A DNA stretch of 52,430 nt, filler included, from Streblomastix strix (Eukaryota), in NCBI GenBank assembly GCA_008636045.1. It is 3 parts of 3 records of this genome, joined end to end, with 100 filler letters (N's around TTAATTAATTAA, not from the genome) between each part and the next. Parts side by side here need not be neighbours in the genome. Positions count along the whole stretch, not along the records: positions 1 to 17,430 come from SNRW01000706.1; positions 17,531 to 34,935 come from SNRW01000707.1; 1 more part is not named here. The stretch is one strand, 5' to 3'. Shown here one piece after another: positions 12,878 through 24,800 of this stretch (positions within the stretch are counted from its first letter, which is position 1; the number at the start of each line of letters is the position of its first letter). A program made the position numbers and the translations under genes. The notes under the pieces are model-generated. The model was not told the origin of the DNA. It was given only the letters and a program-made list of their open reading frames with translations, and did not search any database.

Positions 12878-14992
12878 TCACCTGGAATCCATTTTTTTCT
12901 CTTTTTATATTTTATCTTCACTATAATCATTCAAAAGATTGATGATATCAGAGCTTTTTCCAGTTTCTTTAGTATTAACACCTCTTTCATTTCTATTACT
13001 GGTTGAATTGATGTCATCTTCATAAAATTCTTCGTCTCTTTTTCTCTTCACTTTTTTCATTACATTTTCAATTTCATTTGCATTTTTTTAATCTTGTTAA
13101 TTTAACTTCAATTAATTGTGAATTTTGGATGATATTTAACTTTTTGAAGACTAAGATTCAACTTTTTTATCTTTATCTTTATGCTATAATTATCTCATTA
13201 AATTTTGTAATGATTATGAAGATTAAGAAAAAGATTATTATTATGATTGTTATAAAGAGTTTTGGGTAAATTGTAATGTTTATGAAGAGGATGAAGTTTT
13301 TTATGAAAACTAATTATTTATTGTATTTGATTTCTCTTATATTGGTTAGGAACTTTAAAAATGAGATGTTTCTTTCTCATTAAGTTATCTAATTAAAAAA
13401 TAGAATAAGAAAATAAATCATTGTTAATAACATATTATTTATTAACAAACTGAATAGGATTATTTGTTGAAGGATATTTTGGCATCATAAAAACAGACTT
13501 TGGAATTGGAAATTCACGAAAATAAGGATGTGTAAGCGCATCTTACATTTTCTGATAATTATATAATTAAAAAATTTAAATAATAGTTTAAATTTAGAAA
13601 ATCTATAAGATTTACAAAATTAAATGATTTGAACAAATATTGTATAATATAAATAAAATAAATAAACAATTCTTTTATCTGGATCTAAAGTCAGAAGACC
13701 TTAAAGTAATTCCAGTCCATTTTGAGACAATTATCCAAACTTTTCTTTCAGTTGCGATTTTCTTTTAAAAATTTTATTATATTCAATTTTAAATAGAAAA
13801 ATTAAGCAAACTATTTATGAGGGATTATAAATTCATGTACTCTGGGTAGATTTATGAAACTTGGCCAAATTTATTCTGAAGGAGATCCCAATATCTGAAA
13901 TTTAAGAGTTTATAGAAAATAGTCCAATATAAATAAATATATAAACTTGAAATATAAGTTCAATTTGATGAGCTTCTGTTTTACCAGGAAATAATGGTCT
14001 TCCTTTCAAAAATTCAGCGAATATACACCCCGCACTCCTAAATTAATATCAGAATAAAATGAAGCACAATCATAATTTCATTTAATTCTTATTCTGTGTT
14101 CATAAACAAAGCCAAACCACATATCCAGAGCAGTTGAATAGAGAGTATCTCCAAAAAGAAGCTCAGGAGGACGATACCACAATGTTACTACATTTGGTGT
14201 ATAATGAAGAGGAGGTTAATCAAATAGACGTGCAAGACCTTAAGTATATATATATTATATTATATTTAATTATATATCTGATAAATAACTCATGCATACC
14301 AAAATCAGCTAGTTTTAATAATCCTGTATTTGTGTAGAGAAGGTTTGACATTTTAATATCTCTATGAATTATTCTTCTTTCATGAGTATATGCAAGAGCA
14401 CTCAATAATTATAGCATTAATCTTTTGATCTCTCCTTCAGTAAATGGATTCCCAATTTAATAAATCAGTTCAGAAAGTGTGTGATCGCAGAATTCAAAGC
14501 ATAAAAACATACTGTAAAGAATAAAAGTAAACATATATAATATTCCAAAATATAAAATATTAGAAAAATTTATCTAAAATATGAACATACTCTGAGACAT
14601 GTGGACCAACAACTACCTCCAACATCTCTACAATATTTGGATGCTTTATTATAATAATGATAATAAAGGGGGGAAAATAATAAATTAATAAATTCTAAAT
14701 AAACTTCAAACTTTGATGGATTAAAGTACTTTTATTTCCCTCAATGATGTAAGTGGAATTCCATCAGTCTCACTCTCCATTCGTACTCTTTTAAGTGCAA
14801 CAACTGTACCAGTCTTTTTATCTTTTGCTTTGTCTTAAGGAAATATATAATATAAAACATTTAATATATAGACATACAGACAATTCCATATGTTCCTTCT
14901 CCAATTTTGCCCATTCGCTCAAAATCACTGACTGTTCGGCACTTTCCGATCTTTGCGCTGTTTGATAATTAGTTGAAAAGAGCTTCTTCCAT
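12878..14992 (-). CDS. CDK10: Cyclin-dependent kinase 10 (CDK10/CDK11 clade)
   Basis: [33 protein letters not shown]…[11 protein letters not shown] (PISSLRE-type helix), [46 protein letters not shown]. Multiple GT-AG introns; Q/K-rich tail; TGA 12878-12880. Confidence 0.9.
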
Positions 14993-15725
14993 TCTAAGAA
15001 ATGGTTTAAAATAAATATATGTTTAATAACTACATAAATGTGAAATTTATATTATTATACACTAAAAATGTAAAATCTAAAAAAAAATGTAAAATCAAAA
15101 AAAATGAAAAATCTAAAAAAAATTATAAGGAATTTAATATTTTTTTTGCTTAAGTTGCATATACTTTATTTAAATATATATCATAATATAAAGCAATAAA
15201 ATTTCATGTGTATATAAGAAAACATCAAAAACTGCAATTAATTGTATTTTTAATAGTATAATTACAATTTTATGCAAATAAATTATATTGAACATTTTCT
15301 AGGCCATTATATATGAATTTGAATATTAAAACAAAAATAATTTATGATTATAACAAAATTAGTAGATAATAATCATGTATAAAGAATAACATTCAAAAAT
15401 AATAGCAAAAATCAAGTTTTGTAATAATTTGTTAAATATTTAATATTATACTTTGATTTTTATAGGCAAATGCATTGAATTAGAAAGCTCTATTAATATA
15501 AATTAAATTGAATATACAATAGTTTTAAAAATGACTAAGATCAAAAAAGTTACCAACATAATATTTCTTGGTTCAAAAATTTTTTGATAAATGTTAGAAT
15601 AATAAATGATAATTTCCTATTCAAATGCTATTTAATATTATTTGCACTACAAATTAAATCATAATACACTATGTTACGACACGACAAAATTTTTTTTTCT
15701 CGGTTATTCGCTTGATCACGAAAAA

Positions 15726-16775
15726 ATGTCAATCTGCAACCAAGACGGATATAACAGCCCAATGGCGGCGCCAAGAAAAGAATCGCATCGATCTCACAAA
15801 TAATCAGCCCCGGTCGTAGTCCCTATTACAGGAGAGAGCAAAAATAACCAATCCATGCAGAAGCCTCAGCAATCGCACCACCATCTTGTGATGACTTGTG
15901 AGCCTAGTAAGTTCTGTGTCAATGTAGCTTGTGTATTAACTTCGTGGTATGCTTTGTGATTGATTAAATGCAAATTTCTTTTTTTGCATTGATTTTCAAT
16001 TAATCTAATTGCTTGATAATATATTTTTTCATATTTTCCTCCTTTCATCTTCCTTCCCCATATTACATTCTTATCTTTTATTCTACAATTTAGGGTCAAA
16101 CCGTGGATTGGAGAGATACCTAAAGCCATGCTGAATTTTTCGACATACATTCCCTTGGGCGTTTGGGTAGGTACTATACAAAGCATAGGAAACTTAGATG
16201 ACTTGAATATGATATATGGGCTTGCTCTCCTGAAGAGAATACTCAACCGTCGACAAGATTTACCATTTACGTACCTCAACGTTCATCGACTTTATCTGGT
16301 CAGTGTCATCGTTGCTACAAAGTTTCTTGATGACATAACTTATAAGAACAAAGACTGGTCAACAATAGGAGGACGCTGGTTCTCATTGCATGAGGTGTTG
16401 CTTTATCTAAATTATTACATAATCAATTTTTTTGTTTTTATATGATAGATTAACACAATGGAACTTGAATTCCTCCTTGCCTTGGATTACTCATTGCATG
16501 TATCAGTAGATGAAATTTCTGAAGCTTTGGAAGGAACCCATTTACATGAGATGGTTTTCAATCGAACATAAGGAGGTTTCATGTCTTCAGTTATTCCAAC
16601 TCAAATTCAAAGATCAGATGACGTTGATTAAAGTGCTGAATAAACAGGAGAGACAAAAGACTTAAAGAATTAATCTGAGAGTAGTCTAACTTTGGGGTTA
16701 TTTTCTGAAGGGGCCACTCAAGTGTAGTAATAGAGTGATATTACTTATTCTGGGAATGATATATAAGCAAATTGA
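15726..16775 (+). CDS. Pho80/Pcl (P/U-type) cyclin
   Basis: NVHRLYLVSVIVATKFLDDITYKNKDWSTIGG…EINTMELEFLLALDYSLHVS is the Pho80/cyclin-U box. Two GT-AG introns; TGA 16773-16775. Confidence 0.9.
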
Positions 16776-17286
16776 TCTTCTTTTAATGATAGCTGAAAAT
16801 GTATTATTCTTATTTCTATTTTCCAGAATATTGCACATTTTAGTGCTTATTCTTTACACATATTTTATAGTGGTTGGGAATTGTTCTTTATATAATTATT
16901 CTTTAAAGTCTTCATTTATCATATTTTATTTCTCAACTATTATTAAATCTTTTATTTTATTCGTTTTTTTTTTGATTTTTAATTTTTGTATTTCACTTTT
17001 ACTTATATAATTACTATATATGATATCATCATAATTATAATAGTTATTTTTAAGATAGAATAATATAATACGGCTATTAATTTAATTCTTTCTTACTTTA
17101 AGGATTTTCATATTGTTGTTATATAGTTATCGTTTAGCAATAATATTTATAAACATTTTTTTATTTTAATAATCTTATTTTTCTTAATTTATATTAAATA
17201 TTCAATGAATTGAATATGTTTAATTAATTTTTATTTGTAGATAAATAAACGGAAAAATGAAATTTTGTTTCAATATATTTTAACTA

Positions 17287-17430
17287 ATGCCATACAAAGA
17301 TTAACTTGTTGCATTTACTCGTCATAGATAATCAATAAATATATCATCGAATTCTGATAATGGACTTCACTCACAAATGATATAAACACATTCTTTTATT
17401 ACAAATGCTAATGCAAGACGTCGCTTAAGA
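17287..17430 (+). CDS. Possible 5' start of a gene truncated by the contig end
   Basis: Open frame MPYKDQLVAFTRHRQSINISSNSDNGLHSQ…ARRRLR runs to the gap and is less AT-rich than its flank. Short, with no homology recognised. Confidence 0.3.
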
Positions 17431-17530
17431 NNNNNNNNNNNNNNNNNNNNNNNNNNNNNNNNNNNNNNNNNNNNTTAATTAATTAANNNNNNNNNNNNNN
17501 NNNNNNNNNNNNNNNNNNNNNNNNNNNNNN
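17431..17530. other. Artificial contig-joining linker N44-TTAATTAATTAA-N44
   Basis: Six-frame-stop 12-mer centred in Ns. Identical linker at 34936-35035. The three segments have descending lengths 17430, 17405, 17395. Confidence 0.97.
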
Positions 17531-18178
17531 AGAAGTTAGTTTGAAATTAACATAGAAATTTATAATGATTATCTTTATTTTTTATTTTAATAAATTGTCG
17601 TTTATCAATAATAAATAATTATTATACATATTAAAATTTATTTTATTTACAGTTTTTTAAATTTTTTAGATCTACAATAATCTTAATTCAGTTAGAGACG
17701 CACTTTTAAAAGAATGTCTAAGAAATAGAAATAGTTTGTTCTATTGATTTATATATTAATCAAATATTTTTGAATTAAATTCACTATAACTAAACATTTT
17801 TTATTCTACTACAATAAATATATATTAACAGAGAGCAAGAAAATGAAGAGAGGAACGTAGAAACGAAATATTCTGATGACCAATCTTCTAACTCCGATGA
17901 TATTCCCAACCTGTCTCCGATTCCATTTGCAGATAACAATGACATCTTTCAATAAAAAATAGCAATCAAGGAGACAACTAACATTTCACCTTCCATCGAA
18001 TCTACAAATTCTAATATCCCTTCTCTCCCTAATAGTTAAATTTAGATTATTAAAATTATTCCATAAAAAAATTCTGAATATGTATAATAATTATTTATTA
18101 TTGATAAACGACAATTTATTAAAATAAAAAATAAAGATAATCATTATAAATTTCTATGTTAATTTCAAACTAACTTCT
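17531..18178. repeat. Perfect 102-bp inverted repeat (17531-17632 and 18077-18178) at the contig start
   Basis: The reverse complement of AGAAGTTAGTTTGAAATTAAC…ATTATACATATT matches 18077-18178 base for base. Confidence 0.92.
17670..18080 (+). CDS. Fragment of a spliced hypothetical gene between the inverted-repeat arms
   Basis: Exon / GTTTG…ACAG intron (17734-17831) / exon gives …SQRRTFKRMSKKQKQEQENEERNVETKYSDDQSSNSDDIPNLSPIPF…. Start and end are not defined. Confidence 0.45.
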
Positions 18179-19251
18179 AAAAAATTTATGATTTTGTTAT
18201 TTTAACTCAAATAATTTAAAAAATTTATCCGATATATCTCAAATTTTATTTCTAATTAAGTAAATAATTCACTTTTAATTTAATTCTTAGAATTTTTATA
18301 TATTTTAATGAATAAAGTTAATTATATATTAATAAAATTATATCAAGAATTTCAAATGAGTATAATTTTATACTTTATTTTCACATTTATAATATGTAAC
18401 TTCAAAAAATTTTCTCAAGCCGTTAATAATTTCCATAATAACAGCAAATACAATCAAATCAAGTTATATTATTATTCAAATTTATTAAAGATATATATTA
18501 GAATGTATTAAAATTTATTTAATAATTAATAACATATTCTATCTAAATGTATTATTTTTCTCTATTAACATTTTTTTAATATTTCTAACTAAATTGAAAT
18601 TGTCTTTAAAATTTAATTGAACTACTATTTGAAATATGAATATATCTTATATTTTAATCTACAATATTACATTATTGATAAAAAAATATCTCATTAAATC
18701 ATATAAAATTTAATAAATTATTCTTTTTATAAAAAATCCATTTTAAATCTTTCTATTATATTTACACATAAGTTGAATACTGAGCCAAAACACATTTTAA
18801 AAATATAGCCAAGCCAGCCAAAAGATTTTTGAAATGGCTCATTTGGCATACCTAAGTCTGTTATAATAATTTTTCTAAAAATTGAATTATTTTTTTATTA
18901 TTAATTAATAACAAATAAAAAATCTTACACACAAAACGATCATTTGATGTGCTGCAGATTATAGTTCATACATTAATATATCATCTGATTTATAAAACGT
19001 TTAACACAAAATGTATATGTAAAATAATAAAAATCAAACTAGATGCTATTACTAATATTGAGTGGAACTTCGGCTACTGATATATTCACCAGCTTTTATT
19101 GAATAAAACAAAGCAAACAAGCATATATTCATAAAAATCTATCAAATAATAAATAGATATATTTTTTATATTAAAAATTAATAAAAATTTATCGAAACTT
19201 ATCTATATATACCATAAGAAAATCATTTTCCAATAATTTGGCTTAGACACG

Positions 19252-21151
19252 ATGATAAACAAGTTTGAAAATTAATAAATGTTAAATACCTCAATCATTA
19301 TACATTTTGAATATTTTGCTCTTCATATTTTCTTTTTTAATTATTTTATTTAATTTTCTTTTTTTTAGCTATCAACAAGCGCCAAGTCCAGATGTTAATT
19401 GCATATTGCCATTCAACTGGTCATTTGAAGAATATATTCGTTAGTGCCCAGTAAATACTCACAAGATGCAGATGAAACTCTTCGAACAAAAACTGAAAGG
19501 AAAAGTCATTCTCTGGTGCGCCTTAATTGTTTCAGATTATAATAGTTAAGCTTAATTAAAACTATTTCCGTTCGATGAATAACCACAATATAACGGCATC
19601 CTACGGTATACACCCGGTATGCTTGTTAAGATTTTATTTTTGCTTTTCTATCTTATTTTTTATCTCATTTCTAAAATTAGAGACAAAACCTGAAGATTGC
19701 AAACCTGGTAAATAGATTTGGATAACTGCAAGAATGATCAAAATGGGTATTATTCTAATCATAAATTTTATTTATTTATTCTAAACATATTTTCATATAG
19801 GAAGGTTACTCTCAGATCTCGAATTGGAAGCAATACCAAAAGGCAGTCCTATCAAACCAGATCTGACAATCACATACGCCAGGGTCAAGGAAATCTTCAA
19901 CCCTCAAGCCAAAGATCTCGCTGATTGGATGTTTGCAACAAAAATTTTGTTTTATATTTTTAATTCTTTAACATTATTTATTTAGGTATTAATTCTGGGC
20001 GAATGCATAATTTTCTTTTATTGCCAAAGTAACTATGCTTAATGAGATGCAGGAAGATGAAAATTATTGTGCATAGCTAACATTAGAAGTGATTCAGCCT
20101 TATCATGACAACGAATATGAGCCAGTCTTCATGTTTCTGACAAAAGCTGACATAAGTTTTCTTCCAGATATCACAGTGCACGAATCAAACCCTCTTGAAT
20201 TCACAGCAAGACCACTTTCTAGATAAGACAAACATCATTGGTTTACTTTCGTGAAGATAAACCAAGTTTTTAACAAGGAATTCAAACCTCAGATTCTTCC
20301 ATTCAATTAAATACCGAGTGTTGCCCAAGTACAATAACAGAAATAAACAAAACCTTAATCAAACAACCAAGGTGGTCAAAGTAAATGGCAGAATGTTGAA
20401 CCTGCTGGGGGTAATCCGATGGGACAAATGTAGAACCAGTTTGGAGCAATGTCTGTAAACCAAGCAATGTTTCAAGGAATGAATCCAGGAATGAATCCAA
20501 ATATGGGAATGGCAAATGTTGCTATTTAATAGAGTTTAGCGTAGCAAGGAATGAACTAAATGGGCGGAATGCCAAATGTTCCTCAAAATCAATTTATGCC
20601 CCAAGTGAACCAGGCATAATTCCAACAAACTGCTTTTTAATAACAGCAATAACAACAATTTCAATCTCCATAAAATCCATTCAATTAACCACAATAAAGT
20701 CCATTCAATCCTGCTCAGTAAAGTCAATTCAATTAAGCGGGTTAAATGGGCAGAGGAGTCAATCCAGCTCCTCAGTTATAACCACCAGTAGTTGCAATTC
20801 CAAAGATGAAACTCTTGACTGCAGCAGAGGAAGCAGCAAAACACTACATATGTGAACTTTCCAATTCAATAATGACTGACCCAGTGAGTATGGATGGACC
20901 ACACTACTATTAGAGGAGTGAGCTTATGGCATATATTTAGGATCAAGGATTATCACCAGTTACTTATGAAGCAACAACTATCAGCGACATCAAAGAAGAA
21001 CCTGCCTTGAAAAAAGAACTTGAACGTATGATTATATTTTTATTTTGTTTATTTTTACAAATTATTTAATTTTTCATTAATTTTTATTCATTTATACAAT
21101 TACTGTTTAGAATATCTGAGAGACAATCCTACACGAAAGAATAAGAAGTGA
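19252..21151 (+). CDS. U-box E3 ligase-like protein: two N-terminal globular (putative OB-fold) repeats, Q/N/M/P-rich linker, C-terminal U-box
   Basis: C-terminal YICELSNSIMTDPVSMDGPHYYQRSELMAYIQDQGLSPVT…PALKKELEQYL fits the U-box consensus. GT-AG introns; TGA 21149-21151. The start assumes a short first exon MINN (intron 19263-19368). Confidence 0.85.
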
Positions 21152-21862
21152 AGAAGTTTGCATTGCTGTACAGCACGTCATTCGACTAGACTATTTTTTT
21201 TTTATTTTTTAATCATTGCATACAAGTTCTTGTTTAGAACAATGCTGTATTCATAAGTTGTTGGGTTATCACATACGCCATTCACTACATTAACAATAAT
21301 GAGTAATAATTGAATAAAAATATAAGATGATTAAAAAAAATTTGTAGCAATTCGTTGGATGAGTAAATAATTTTATTCTTATTAAAAAAACACTCACCAG
21401 TTTGGTCAAAGTCAATAGAGTTTTGATAGATAGACAAAATGAAAAACGAATAAAAAAAGATTCACAAAAGACGATAAAATAAAATTAACACGCAATAAGA
21501 TCAGACTGAATAATTTTTTAAAATAAAGTGTTTGTGTAAGACTCTCAATTTAAATTGAATTTTTCCTTTTAATCAATTCTTTTTGAATAATTCCACAAAT
21601 AAATGTGAATTATTAAAGATATTGATTTTTGTAACTTATTCAATCACAAAAATAGAAAGAATGAAAAAGTTGTTCAATATAAAAATGGAATTACTAAAAA
21701 TAAGCAATGAATAATTGTTTCAACAAACATTCAAAGTGTTGAAATATGAATCAAATAAAATATGATAGTAACAAATAAAACAGAATACATAAAACTTTTG
21801 AAATTTGGTAAAAAATTAAGAATTACAAAAAGAATTATAATTCTTTTATATAAAAAATGTGA

Positions 21863-24800
21863 TCATTTCTTTTTCTGATGCTGAACCAATTCTTTCTCAA
21901 TCAGTGCGATTGTTTCTTTATTGTCGATCACAAAGCGTCTTGTCTATCCAGAGTTAGCATTGTATGTGTGAATGATCTCCGCACCACCATAATTATTAAA
22001 TTATTGATTGTTGAATTGTTTGCTTTAATAAATATTCTTTTTTGTTTCATACTTTTAATTTTCATCTTTTGCTTTATTTTGATTCAGATTATTATCTAGA
22101 GATTATTATTCTAATTGTTGATTATCAGTAAATCCAACAAGATCAAGCATTCTCCACTCACGTCTGCTATTATTAATGCCACCTTCATTATTTTATATTC
22201 CAGTACTGTTTCCTTATATATTTTCTGTACTGTTTTCTTATCCTTAATGTTTTTTATTATTGGAGTTTAATGTATCTTTTAATCCACCAAGGAATATGGC
22301 TCCATGTTCATAGTCAACATGTACAGGTTATAGCTAACTATTGAAATAAATATCAAATTCATCATTTTCATTGTTTTCTATCTATTATTATTAATTATCA
22401 TTAATGTGGTTTCTATCTTCTTCTTCTTATTATTATTACTGTTATATATCATCAACTTCAATAGATTCACATTCATTCTGATCTACACTCAAACTGCTGC
22501 TCAAATGGCTCCTTTCTCTGCTTTGGCTGTTTATTTACCTTCTTCCTCTTTAATTGGAAATAAATCTTTCATCTTCTTTTGCTTTTCTTTTATTTTCTGA
22601 TTTACTTTCCTTATGGTTAAAATTTAAGCTATGTTGAGAGTGACTTCGTGATTTATTGCGATGATAATGATGTTTATTACGATGATGCTTATGCTTATGT
22701 ATTCGAGAATGATTATGGTGATGCATATGTTTATTTAATTATTTATTCAGGTCATTCTATTCTTAATTTTATTATATTTAGTTAATAATATCTTTATCAT
22801 TCAAATAAAAATTGTTATTATTAAATTATTCTTCATTACCAATCACATATTGCACAGGATCAATGTTATCCAGCAGCAATGGCGAAACAAGAGGAATTTA
22901 AAGAGACATTTTAATTTCAGAAGAAATAACTGGAGACAAAACAGAAGTATTTTGATTTGAATTCAGACTCAGCTTTTTGAATGAAAAAGAACAAGAAGGA
23001 GGAGGCGAGATGTGATGTGAATGCGGGTATGAGTTAAAGTTACTTGATTATTCATTTGATGTGGATATTATAGATGGATGCTGTTAATGTAGTTTGAGTT
23101 ATGGAGAATTGTGAATCGAAATGCTGCTATCATCAATATCTGCAAATGATGATGTAGGGAATATTGAATTAATGAGAGAAATAGTATTATGCTAATCAAA
23201 TTATTTTTGTTCAAATGTTTTATAAGTTTTATACATTTAATTGATATTATCTTTAGGATTTTTAATGACAATTGGAATTTGCGGAGGTTTTATAGACAAT
23301 GTTGGAGAATTTTCCCCTAATTTACTAATTTCATCCATTTCATGTTTCTAATTTTCATCTCTAATATCAATTTATTTTGTTTCTTATACTTATTCCCATT
23401 TATTAGTAGGATCACTCATCTTAACTTCATCTTCTTCAGGAATTGACGTTTCGTTTTCCTCTTCAATTATTTCAAAGGCATTTTCCTATTATTCTTCCAA
23501 TGAAACAAATATTTGTGGTTTACTACTTGCCATATCTCCAGGGAGTGTTCGATTCTTGTTCTAGAAAAATAGCATTGATTACTTTATTGGTTAATTTTTT
23601 GTTTATTGCTATTGTTATAAGTGCTTGTTGAATTTCTATTGTTAAAGATACCGAGCTTATAATTAAGTAGGAGATGAAAAATGTTGAGCAAAATGATTGG
23701 AATAAAGTTGGTCAAAGTTACTGAGTGTAAAACTATTCTATGTGTTTTCATTTAAAATGTCGGTTTCAGGAATTTAAAAGGGAGTTTAATATCCTTGCAT
23801 GTTATTATTATTTTGTATTTTTCTTTGGTTTTCAATATTCTTTTCTAAAGCTTTCTAATTTTTCAAGATATTTTTTCTTTTAATTTGAAAGTCTATAAGT
23901 TTATTATTTATTTAATCTAAATGAGATTTTTCATTTTGTTTTTTATCACCACTGCGCTTATATGAATTCCATCTTGAGTCTACACTTGTTCCTGCATTGT
24001 CTTGATCATTCTAATGATCAACAACACTTTCAAATATGTTGTCAAATTTATGATCTTCAGGTTCAAACACAGATAAAAGTCTTTCTTTTTGTTATTGCTA
24101 TTAAGAAGGCTCATCTTGATGTTATGTAATATCATGCTTCTAATTAACATATGTTTTCATTAATGACTGGTGGTCTATTTGTTGTTTTTAAAATTGTTAT
24201 TATTATTTCCTGTTTATATACATTTGTTTTTGTCTCAAATATTGCAACCTTTTATTCACTAATGTTTGAGCAAAACCCAACTCATTATTATTTCTGTATT
24301 TGCTGATCAAAGCAGAGTAATATGGATTAATTCCAGATATTTTCCCGTTCAATTTCTTATATTCTTCCCTCTTTATAATTCTTTCGTTTTCTTTTTCTCT
24401 TCTTTCTGATTTGCTTCCCCAACGCGAATCTGTGTCGCTTTCAACTGAATTGTAACTTTGTCCACTTGTTTCTTATTCTGTAATATTGCTTTACTATTTA
24501 TTATCTTATTCTTTTGATTATAATGTGGAATTTACATTTTCTGCATTAATGTTAACAATTTCTTATCTTTATTAGGGTTCAATAAATACATTTTTGTTTT
24601 TTGTATCACTTATTACATTATGTGAATTTATTTATGGTTCAAACTCAAAAGGAGCAAAAGAATTCAATATATTATCTTTTCCATCTTATATCCAATTATC
24701 ATATGGAGATTTCACCTTACCAGAATTTACCTTTAAGTAATGAATTGTTTATTGATTGTCAGCTTTGATGATATTTGGTTTTGCAATCACAGTTTGTGTA

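Noticed and set aside
17431..17530. TTAATTAATTAA palindrome as a biological site (also 34980-34991); gene clustering across it
   Set aside because: It is a six-frame-stop linker centred in Ns joining length-sorted contigs, so genes on different sides (e.g. CDK10 and the SCI1-like gene) are not shown to be linked.
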